Assembly: GCA_046706685.1 (NCBI GenBank)
Contig: JBJKPE010000052.1
Span: 2,198-66,197, forward strand
Reading direction: 5' to 3'
Length of the DNA: 64,000 bases
Origin: Thermodesulfovibrionales bacterium
Lineage (GTDB): Bacteria; Nitrospirota; Thermodesulfovibrionia; Thermodesulfovibrionales; UBA6898
The notes beneath the pieces are model-generated. The model ran no database searches. It saw nothing but the letters and a program-made list of their open reading frames with translations, and was not told the origin of the DNA. The translations under genes and the position numbers were made by a program. The first letter of the stretch is position 1, and every line of letters starts with the position of its first letter. Shown here piece after piece: positions 40,121-48,016 of this stretch.

Positions 40121-40286
40121 ACAGCAGATTCGGGATAAAGACCTTGCAGGTGCTGAAGCGGCCCTTCGGCGAGCCGCCAGGAAGGCAAAAATTATCGCCA
40201 GACAAACTAACACACCCTTAGTGGTATATGAAAGAGGGAATGTCGTAAAAAAGTATGCAGGCAGGGGAAAGAGTAAACAGTCATAA
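40107..40286 (+). CDS. 59-aa basic protein, putative partner (antitoxin-like) of the P-loop protein
   Basis: The sequence is MARVRQQIRDKDLAGAEAALRRAARKAKIIARQTNTPLVVYERGNVVKKYAGRGKSKQS. It has its own AAAGGAG RBS 6 nt upstream. It overlaps the preceding gene by 14 nt and ends 6 nt before hsdR. In the track it is only the tail of a 113-aa frame. Confidence 0.5.
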   Translation: MARVRQQIRDKDLAGAEAALRRAARKAKIIARQTNTPLVVYERGNVVKKYAGRGKSKQS

Positions 40287-40292
40287 AAACTT

Positions 40293-43229
40293 ATGAGCCG
40301 CGCGAGAAAGAAAAAGCCCGAACTGACCTTCCAGCAGCATATCGCAGACTTCCTCGTCCGCGTTCACGGCTATGGCGTACTCGAACAGTCCGACATCACT
40401 GACACCTGGCACTGCATAGCCGAAGACCTGCTTTGGGCCTTCCTTAACGCCACGCAAGCCGATCAGCTTAAGAAGTTGAAAGACGACTACGGCACTGACG
40501 CGCGGGAGGAGGTGTTCCGGACGCTGCGCAAGGAGCTGGAGAGTACGCCGCTCTGGATGATCCTGCGCCATGGGCTGAAGGTGCGAGGTTTGGAGTTTCG
40601 GTTGTTCTACCCAAAACCGCGCTCCAGCGAAAGTGCTGCGGCAAAGAAGCACGGCGAAAACCGCATCACCTTCCGGCCGCATTTCTACTTCGGCGAAAAC
40701 AATAAAGAGATCGATTTCGTATTCTTCCTGAATGGCCTGCCCATCGCGGCGCTGGAGGTCAAGCACGAGAAAAACCAGAACGTTCATGATGCTGTAGCGC
40801 AGTTCGCGGCGCGCGATCATTCCCTTCGAATCTTCCAGCACCCTTTTCTCTACCTGGCCGCGGACACCAGCGACGTTATGGCGGCAACAGATCCGCGCCG
40901 GACTGAGAACTTCCGTTGGCACAACACCGGCCTGACCAACGCACCCCTGACAGAGGAAGAATATGCGGTAGAGTTCCTGTACCGCGAAGTGTTGTCAAAG
41001 GACGAGTTGCTGGAGCTGTTGTCGTTCTTCCTGGTCCGTGTGTCCAGGCGCGAGGCGGAAGAAGACAAGCCTGAGCGGCCTGCATTCACTATTCTGCCGC
41101 GTTACCATCAAAGCCGCATGGTGCGGAAGGTGGCGGAAGATGCCGTGGCACATTTTTCAGCTACTGGCGATATCGGCCGTAAGTATCTGATTGATCATTC
41201 TGCCGGCAGCGGCAAAACGCTTTCCATCTGCTGGCTTGCCGACCGGCTGCACAGCCTCTTCAAGCCGGGTACAAACGACAAGCTTGTAGATATGGTATTT
41301 ATTCTCACTGACAGGAAGTCACTCGACAAGAACATCAGGGACGACATCGAGAAGTTTACCCACCTGAAAGATGTGGTGGGCCTTGCGCGCAGAGCCGACG
41401 ACCTGCCCCGGTATCTCAGGGAGCGGAAACCGATCATAGTAACAACGCAGCAGAAGTTCGCCTGGGTGCTGGATGAGATCGGAAAAAAGCCGGAACTCAA
41501 AGACTTGCGCGTGGCCTTTTTGATTGACGAAGCACATCGTTCGCAGGAAGGCCAGATGGGGGTAGCCATCCGTGTGCCATTCCGCAAAGCAGACGACCCC
41601 GACACAGAAGACGCCGAGGACAACGGGGAGAATGAAGAAGAGAAGATAGCCCGGATCATCCGGGAGCACGACCTCAATCAGCTCTTTGTCGCCTTTACTG
41701 CCACCCCGGCCCCTGCAACTGTGACCCTGTTCGGCGCACCTTTCGACACCTACACAGAGGCAGAAGCAATCGCCGAGGGATACATCGTGGACGTGGCCGC
41801 GAGCATCATTTCCTATAAGACCCTCTACAATCTGCATTGCCCGGTTGTTCCGAACCCTGATGAGGAAAAGCTCTACCCGAAAGGTGTAGTCGCAAAGGCT
41901 TTGAAAAACGTTGCATATCAGGATGACGGGCTCATCCAGTACAAGGCGGAGGTTATGCTTCGCATCTTCGATGAGGACGTGAAGCAGCTCATCGGAGGGC
42001 GGGCAAAGGCGATGATTGTGGCGACTTCGCGTGTGGCAGGCCTGCGATACTTCAACATCATCAAGGAGAAGCTCAGGGAGCGTGGAGCTGACTACAAGGC
42101 GCTCTATGCATTTTCGGATTTCGTCCACCCGGCAACTAACGAGGCGATCAGTGAACACGCGATTAATGAATTGAACGACGGGGAGCCGATCGAGGACCGT
42201 TTTGAGGGAGACGACTATCGGCTGATGATCGTTGCGAACAAGTTTCAGACCGGATTTGACCAGCCGTTGCTCGCCGGCATGTTCCTCGACAAGCCGGTGG
42301 TCGACCGCAATGCGGTGCAGACGGTATCGCGGCTGAACCGCAGCCATGAAGGCAAGAAGGATGTCGTGGTGGTGGACTTCACGAACAATGCCTCGGCGAT
42401 TCTCAAGGCATTCGCGAAGTACCGCAAGGGAACGCCGTTTGAGCCGGAGGAGCCCGATCCCGAGCTGTGCAGCAGATTGCATTCAGAGATTCTTGCTGCA
42501 GGCGTCTTCACGCAGGCCGACGCTCATGACTTCGTGAAATTGGCCGCAACCGGCACAGACGCCCAGGTTCAGTTCGCCATCAAAGGGCTGCGCATGCGGT
42601 TTCAGACGAAACTTCTGTCCCCCGAAAGTCGCAAGGGCTATGTCTATCAACTGGCCCGGCTCGTTAAGAGCTTTCACTTTATGACGTGCTTCTTCACTTA
42701 TCCGGACGTGATAAAGGAATTTGTCGCATTTGCGGAATATGTGGGTCCTCAGCTCATCAAACAGGGCAGCGTGTCCGAGTTGATGAGGCAGATCCGGCAG
42801 ACCGAGGTGGTCAAGGCAGCCGTAGAGTATAAAGGCGAGGTGCATGCCACCGGCGGCGAAGTTAAGCTCAAGCCAGGTGGAGGCAAGAGAGCGGCAGGAC
42901 CGCCGCCACAGAAGGTTTCCGTGCAAGGCATGATCGATGAGATCCGAGCCAGGTTCGAAATAAGCGACGAAGAGGCACTCTACATCAAACAAGTAACGGC
43001 GGAAAAAGCGGAGGACCCAGTCATCCATAGCACAGTCCAGGCTCATCGTGAAGATCGTATATTCCTTGAAACTGCTTACAGGGGCCAGGTGAACGGGGCG
43101 ATACAGAAAAAATATGGAGAGTTGGCAAGATACGACGAACTGGCTGATCCGAAATATACGGATACAGGCGGCATATTCGACATTATGTCTGTAACGGTGA
43201 TTCAGAGCCATCTCGCGGCGGCAGCATGA
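40293..43229 (+). CDS. hsdR: Type I restriction endonuclease subunit R (SF2 helicase/nuclease)
   Basis: An N-terminal PD-(D/E)xK-type region (EIDFVFFLNGLPIAALEVK) is followed by helicase motif I SAGSGKT and motif II DEAH (LIDEAHRSQ). The protein is 978 aa. Confidence 0.9.
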   Translation: MSRARKKKPELTFQQHIADFLVRVHGYGVLEQSDITDTWHCIAEDLLWAFLNATQADQLKKLKDDYGTDAREEVFRTLRKELESTPLWMILRHGLKVRGLEFRLFYPKPRSSESAAAKKHGENRITFRPHFYFGENNKEIDFVFFLNGLPIAALEVKHEKNQNVHDAVAQFAARDHSLRIFQHPFLYLAADTSDVMAATDPRRTENFRWHNTGLTNAPLTEEEYAVEFLYREVLSKDELLELLSFFLVRVSRREAEEDKPERPAFTILPRYHQSRMVRKVAEDAVAHFSATGDIGRKYLIDHSAGSGKTLSICWLADRLHSLFKPGTNDKLVDMVFILTDRKSLDKNIRDDIEKFTHLKDVVGLARRADDLPRYLRERKPIIVTTQQKFAWVLDEIGKKPELKDLRVAFLIDEAHRSQEGQMGVAIRVPFRKADDPDTEDAEDNGENEEEKIARIIREHDLNQLFVAFTATPAPATVTLFGAPFDTYTEAEAIAEGYIVDVAASIISYKTLYNLHCPVVPNPDEEKLYPKGVVAKALKNVAYQDDGLIQYKAEVMLRIFDEDVKQLIGGRAKAMIVATSRVAGLRYFNIIKEKLRERGADYKALYAFSDFVHPATNEAISEHAINELNDGEPIEDRFEGDDYRLMIVANKFQTGFDQPLLAGMFLDKPVVDRNAVQTVSRLNRSHEGKKDVVVVDFTNNASAILKAFAKYRKGTPFEPEEPDPELCSRLHSEILAAGVFTQADAHDFVKLAATGTDAQVQFAIKGLRMRFQTKLLSPESRKGYVYQLARLVKSFHFMTCFFTYPDVIKEFVAFAEYVGPQLIKQGSVSELMRQIRQTEVVKAAVEYKGEVHATGGEVKLKPGGGKRAAGPPPQKVSVQGMIDEIRARFEISDEEALYIKQVTAEKAEDPVIHSTVQAHREDRIFLETAYRGQVNGAIQKKYGELARYDELADPKYTDTGGIFDIMSVTVIQSHLAAAA

Positions 43230-43894
43230 AACGTCCATTCGCGAAAATACCGAAGGATGAACGGCCGCGAGAAAAGCTGCTAGCACGCGGCGCCAAGTCT
43301 CTGAATGATCAGGAACTGCTTGCCATTCTAATTGGCAAAGGTACTCCCAGGATGGATGTGATGACTCTTGCGGCTAAGCTCTCCAAAGTCATAGACGAAA
43401 AAGGGATTGAACTGCGACCGGAGGATCTTGCATCTTTCGACGGTATAGGAGATGCCAAATCTACGCTAATACTTGCGGCGATAGAGTTCGCGCGGCGTCG
43501 AATAAAGCCAGAAGGAATAAAAATCGAGACACCGGCCGACTTGCTGCCTTTAATACGCCATTATGCTGATCGCAGGCAGGAGCATTTCATAGCTGCTTCT
43601 GTTAACGGCGCAAATGAGGTAATGAATATTCGGGTTGTGTCAATTGGTTCTGTGGATCGTACGACAGTTCATCCGCGCGAGGTCTTTGCTGGTGTGCTTG
43701 CTGACAGGGCCAGCGGAGTAATCGTCGCTCACAATCATCCGGCTGGTGTCCTTAATCCGTCAGTCTGGGATCTCGATATCACCAGGCAGCTGAAGGCAGC
43801 CGGGGAGGTTGTAGGGTTGATTTTACTGGATCATATCATTTTCAACAGAACAGGCTATTACAGCTTTCTCGAAAATGGAGCATTGGGGGGATGA
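43226..43894 (+). CDS. radC: RadC-like JAB/MPN-domain protein
   Basis: The N-terminal HhH region is RPREKLLARGAKSLNDQELLAILIG. The JAMM motif is HNHPAGVLNPSVWD. There is an ATGA overlap with the hsdR stop. Confidence 0.85.
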   Translation: MKRPFAKIPKDERPREKLLARGAKSLNDQELLAILIGKGTPRMDVMTLAAKLSKVIDEKGIELRPEDLASFDGIGDAKSTLILAAIEFARRRIKPEGIKIETPADLLPLIRHYADRRQEHFIAASVNGANEVMNIRVVSIGSVDRTTVHPREVFAGVLADRASGVIVAHNHPAGVLNPSVWDLDITRQLKAAGEVVGLILLDHIIFNRTGYYSFLENGALGG

Positions 43895-43955
43895 TCCGTA
43901 CTTTTTGCATTCTCGCGCCGGATGTGTGACGTAAGGCATAGGCAGGAGGCATATC

Positions 43956-44141
43956 ATGATTAAGACCCAGGTTATCAAGGAAGACAATAAGCCGGTCGCG
44001 GTAATTCTTGATTACAATGAATATAAGAGATTGAAGGAAATCGAGCAGGACAAGGCCGACTATTACTCTGCTGTCTCGGTCAAAGCAAAGAACAAGAAGT
44101 GGACAAGTCACGCAGAACTGAAATCCCGACTTGGCGTGTAA
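43956..44141 (+). CDS. Phd/YefM-like type II antitoxin (61 aa)
   Basis: KPVAVILDYNEYKRLKEIEQD matches the Phd/YefM core pattern. An AGGAGG RBS lies 7 nt upstream. Confidence 0.5.
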   Translation: MIKTQVIKEDNKPVAVILDYNEYKRLKEIEQDKADYYSAVSVKAKNKKWTSHAELKSRLGV

Positions 44142-44336
44142 CAAAGTAACCCTGCCGTCTCTCGCAGCGCGTCACGAATTGCCGGCATTTTTCTCGAAGC
44201 TTCCCCGGCCTCGCAAAACAATGGGAGAATCTTTGGGTCTGCGCTTGATCATATTCCTGCGAAGCGAGGTTAACCGGATAGACACTGATCGAGCAAACTC
44301 ACGGCCTTTCTTTCCTTCCCAACATTATTTTCGCCT
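44131..44336 (+). pseudogene. Possible decayed RelE/ParE-type toxin remnant
   Basis: The frame overlaps the antitoxin stop. It reads NKVTLPSLAARHEL...LPRPRK...GLRLIIFLRSEVNRIDTDR, which resembles RelE/ParE landmarks with internal deletions. It has no stop of its own and runs antisense into the next gene. Confidence 0.25.
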
Positions 44337-46613
44337 TCAGATCTTCCATGAAAGCACGCTGAGGATATTCGAGAAATCGTCGGTCCATACGGGAGATCTG
44401 CGGGAATGGCGAAGAATGTGCCATCTCGGGTCTACGATCAGCCCGGCGAGCGGATCCTTACGGCGGGCCATGGCGACCCATACGGACCGTTCCTTTCCGT
44501 GCATGATGTCGGATCTGCTCAGATCCGCATCATCGCGAATCACGCCGACCAAACCCGCGTCATGGGCAAGGTCTGCGACTACCCCTGCCAGATCGAGTCG
44601 CCGGTTCGTTATATTGAAAACCAGCATGCCGCCGTCCGCCAGCTTATCGAGGTATAACTTCAGGGCTTCGCGTGTAACAAGGTGGATCGGGATGGAATCG
44701 GAACTGAAGGCATCCAGAACAATCAGACCATAGTGGTGGTCGGGGGTGTCCCCCAGTCGCAGCCGTGCGTCACCCGTTATTATATTCAGGCTCTTTGCGC
44801 GAGTGTTCTTCAGGAACGTAAAATAATGTGCGTCTCGGGCAATGCGCTCGACAGCCGGGTCGATTTCGTAAAAAGTCCAGTCCTCAGACGGCTTGGCATA
44901 AGTAGCCAGTGTGCCAGTCCCCAGTCCGACAACGGCAATGGTCGGGGGAGCCGAAGAGGACTCAAAGGCCGACATTACTTGACCGATCGGGCCGCTCGTG
45001 AAATAGTACGAGAGTGGTTCATTACTGAGCTCCGGCTTAAGGCTTTGCCGGCCGTGGAGGGTATCGCCGTGCATAAGCTGATGGTATTTTCCTTCCGCAT
45101 CCACCGTCACCCGCAGCGTTCCAAAGAAATTCCTCTCCATCAAAAGCGGGCTGCCAAGAACGCCTGTAAAAAGGAGGCTGGCTGCGAGGATCCCCCCTAA
45201 CCCGAGGCTGAAGCGGACGGGCCTTCTTACGGTACGGTATGTCAATAGGGCAGGCAAGGCGAATATGCAGAGCGCACTCAGCCGGCCGAGATTCACCCCT
45301 GATGTCTGTACGATGAGTATCGACGATGCGGTCAGAAGCCCGATGGCAACCGGCCAGTTCAAGTCCCGGAATCCAACCTCCGGCAGTGGAGCCGCACCTG
45401 CCTGCCTCTCGCCCGACGGTCGAATGGCACAGGCAAGCACCATGACCAGCGGATATTCCAGCAGGCTGTGAAACAAAAGAGGGGCCAGGAGGGCATTGAA
45501 CATGCCTCCGAGCACGCCGCCGAGGGATATACACAAATAAAACTCGGTGAGACGATGGGCCGCAGGGCGGCTCTTAGCAATTTCTCCGTGGCAGATTATG
45601 GCTGCCGACCCGAACATCAGCAGGTTCAGAGACACCATCAGCCAAGCCAAGTGGGTCGCACCTGCGATGAAGGCAACTAGCAACACGACCGTACACAAAC
45701 TGAGCATGCGACCGACCCACGGAGGCGGCAGGAAGGGGCGTCTCGCAAACACAAGGATGAATGTGAGCAGGTAGATCGCCAGCGGCACGACCCACAAGAG
45801 CGGAAACGGTGCGACATCCGTGGTCAGGTATGTCGTCACCCCCAGCATCAAACTCGAAGGTATAAACGCAAGAAGTATCCACCACCATCTCCGTGGAACG
45901 GGGTCGTCCGCGTCCAGGCTCTTCTTTACGGTCTCATCGCTTCGCACGCATGCACTTCCCTCTCGACCACAATCTGAATGCCTGGTCGAATAGGCAACGG
46001 CCTCCGTTTTGTGCGGCTTCGACCGCCACAGCACAGACGAGCAGACGCCGATACACACCGCCAGGAGCCCGTATCCACCCGCCCAGATTCTGCTTTGCTG
46101 CATGAGGCGAAGGTGAGGTTCGATGAGTAGCGGATAACTCAACAGTCCCAGCATGCTACCCGCATTGCTCGCCGCATACAGAAAATAGGGATCGCCTGCC
46201 AACCGATGATCTGCCTCGGCAAACCATCTTTGGAGAAGCGGCGCTGTTGCGGATATGACCAGAAGAGGCAGACCGGCAGATATTGTCAGAAAACCGAGCA
46301 GCCACGGTACGGGGTCGGCAGAACCGGGTAGTGACGCCAGGGCGGCCTTGCTGATCCCGATGGGCAGCAGCGCCAGCGGAAACAGGATTATACCCAGGTG
46401 CATCAATGCCTGGCGCCGGGCAGTGAGCCATCGAGTCGACAAATGAGCATATAAATAGCCCAGAAGCAGGACCGACTGAAAAAACACCATGCACGTGTTC
46501 CAGACCGCCGGGACCCCTCCCAGAAGAGGGAGGACCATCTTTCCGATCATCGGTTCGACGACAAAGAGCAGTGCCGCGCTGAGGAATAGCGTTGCTGAGT
46601 AAAGAAAAACCAT
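44337..46613 (-). CDS. Fused polytopic membrane domain / spermidine-synthase-like (class I MTase fold) protein
   Basis: The N-terminal ~480 aa contain many TM helices. The C-terminal aminopropyltransferase-like domain reads VVGLGTGTLATY...ITGDARL...LIVLDAFSSDSIPIHLVTREA...GGMLVFN. Confidence 0.8.
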   Translation of the reverse strand: MVFLYSATLFLSAALLFVVEPMIGKMVLPLLGGVPAVWNTCMVFFQSVLLLGYLYAHLSTRWLTARRQALMHLGIILFPLALLPIGISKAALASLPGSADPVPWLLGFLTISAGLPLLVISATAPLLQRWFAEADHRLAGDPYFLYAASNAGSMLGLLSYPLLIEPHLRLMQQSRIWAGGYGLLAVCIGVCSSVLWRSKPHKTEAVAYSTRHSDCGREGSACVRSDETVKKSLDADDPVPRRWWWILLAFIPSSLMLGVTTYLTTDVAPFPLLWVVPLAIYLLTFILVFARRPFLPPPWVGRMLSLCTVVLLVAFIAGATHLAWLMVSLNLLMFGSAAIICHGEIAKSRPAAHRLTEFYLCISLGGVLGGMFNALLAPLLFHSLLEYPLVMVLACAIRPSGERQAGAAPLPEVGFRDLNWPVAIGLLTASSILIVQTSGVNLGRLSALCIFALPALLTYRTVRRPVRFSLGLGGILAASLLFTGVLGSPLLMERNFFGTLRVTVDAEGKYHQLMHGDTLHGRQSLKPELSNEPLSYYFTSGPIGQVMSAFESSSAPPTIAVVGLGTGTLATYAKPSEDWTFYEIDPAVERIARDAHYFTFLKNTRAKSLNIITGDARLRLGDTPDHHYGLIVLDAFSSDSIPIHLVTREALKLYLDKLADGGMLVFNITNRRLDLAGVVADLAHDAGLVGVIRDDADLSRSDIMHGKERSVWVAMARRKDPLAGLIVDPRWHILRHSRRSPVWTDDFSNILSVLSWKI

Positions 46614-46746
46614 ATATCTTAATTATGCGTAAATTGTTTGGATCGTCAAATGAAAAGGTACCGGCCTGATCAAGACAGTCATCGGCCTTTTTACAGGATG
46701 GTACGTCGCCGAATGAAGAATTCACAAAAAATGACCTCCTACCGGC

Positions 46747-46849
46747 CTGTCATTCCCGCAAGCGAAGTGCGCCTGCCTGTCCGGCGGGCAGATCGGGAAT
46801 CCTTTTGAAAGCCCCGGAAAGATTCCCGGTGAGGGTCGGGAAATGACAG
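46747..46849. mobile_element. MITE-like element (~103 bp) with terminal inverted repeats
   Basis: The left end ctgtcattcccg and the right end cgggaaatgacag form an inverted repeat with one indel. The element has no coding capacity. Related fragments lie at 37769 and 60395. Confidence 0.55.
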
Positions 46850-47012
46850 ACTATATCACCTTTCTGAATGGCAATTGTTTTGCAACGTTAGGGTTTACAA
46901 GGCACAAAAGGAACCCCTTATAACCTTTGATCTTAATCCGCGCAACGATAATTTTGCCCTGAAGGAAAAGGAATAAGAAGGAAGGGCCGAAGAGGTGAGA
47001 CCGGGGATGTAA

Positions 47013-47046
47013 TAAAAAAAGCCCCGTCCAAAAGGGCGGGGCTTTT
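47013..47046 (-). terminator. Rho-independent terminator after the 47063 gene
   Basis: The minus-strand RNA reads agccccgccc-uuuu-ggacggggcu followed by uuuuuuuauu. Confidence 0.75.
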
Positions 47047-47062
47047 CTCGATCCAGGAAGTT

Positions 47063-47743
47063 CTACTGTATCTGGTATGTGGTCAACTGGCCGTTGTTCA
47101 AATTATAAATGTAGAGGTAGCTCTGTGCGACTGATGTACTGAAGTCGTAGTTAAACATACTGAACGTCCCGCTTCCCATCATGGCGTTTCCGAAGTCCGT
47201 CGTGGTCACATAAACCATATTGTTTTGTATGACCGGCACTGATGCGAATTCGCCGTTGAGGGTAACCGCTACGGGTTTGGAGGATGCGGTGAGAGGAAGC
47301 TGGACTGCATAGAGCACGGACTGGTTGCTATTGCCGTCTGTGTTAAACTGGCTGAATTCCGGCAGAGAAGCCGTGGCTACAAGATAGCTGTCGTCGAAAG
47401 CCACAACGGGCCGTGACAGTATCCCGTTGAAAGTGAGTGTGACAGGCGTTCCGCCGTTGGGAGAAAATGCCATGAGACTCGACTGAAAGGAGTTGCTGGT
47501 GGGTGCCGTTCCACTGGTGGGTGCCGTTATCGTGGGCGCATAACTTATCAGATAGGCCGTGCCGTCGCTGCCCACCACGGGCTGGCCCGCCAAACCGTTC
47601 ATCATCCCGAAGCCCCCGTTGTTCGTCATTGCGAACCCGCCGCCCATCATGCCGCCATCCATCATCGCCTCTGAACGGGCCGCAAAGGCCATTACGATAA
47701 CCGCCGCGAAAGACAAAACCTTGATAACTATGGACTTCTTCAT
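47063..47743 (-). CDS. Secreted hypothetical protein with Met/Gly-rich mature N-terminus
   Basis: I moved the start to the ATG at 47743, after an AAGGAGAGG RBS. The signal peptide is MKKSIVIKVLSFAAVIVMAFAARSEA. The mature protein opens MMDGGMMGGGFAMTNNGGFGMMNG and continues as a beta-rich body. I recognise no family. Confidence 0.6.
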   Translation of the reverse strand: MKKSIVIKVLSFAAVIVMAFAARSEAMMDGGMMGGGFAMTNNGGFGMMNGLAGQPVVGSDGTAYLISYAPTITAPTSGTAPTSNSFQSSLMAFSPNGGTPVTLTFNGILSRPVVAFDDSYLVATASLPEFSQFNTDGNSNQSVLYAVQLPLTASSKPVAVTLNGEFASVPVIQNNMVYVTTTDFGNAMMGSGTFSMFNYDFSTSVAQSYLYIYNLNNGQLTTYQIQ

Positions 47744-48016
47744 TCTGAACCTCTCCTTGTGATTGTGAAACTGGCTGGATGAGACCAATGGTCTCAGTTT
47801 TACTAAAATAGTATATCAGATCACTATGAAGACTTTGTGAAGATTATTATTAATAAATGCAATATAAAAGCTATGAACTAACCTTCGCCTTCTTCAAGAG
47901 ATACTGCTTTGCCGCAAGTGCTGCCTTTGCCCTCTCACCGGATGCTATTACTATCCTTTGGGGAGGAGTAAAGAGGCTCTGGCCTCTTTACTCCTCCCTT
48001 TCCTGGGGTTACCAAA

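Noticed and set aside
35504-44336. Search for att-like direct repeats, an integrase or a tRNA flanking the R-M island
   Set aside because: Only 7-10-nt chance-level matches (for example taaccct) occur at the two borders, and there are no mobility genes. Mobility of the island cannot be claimed.
44131-44733. 200-aa plus-strand ORF downstream of the antitoxin, considered as an intact toxin gene
   Set aside because: Only the first ~60 codons look RelE/ParE-like. The remainder is antisense to the well-supported 44337-46613 gene, so I kept it only as a low-confidence remnant.
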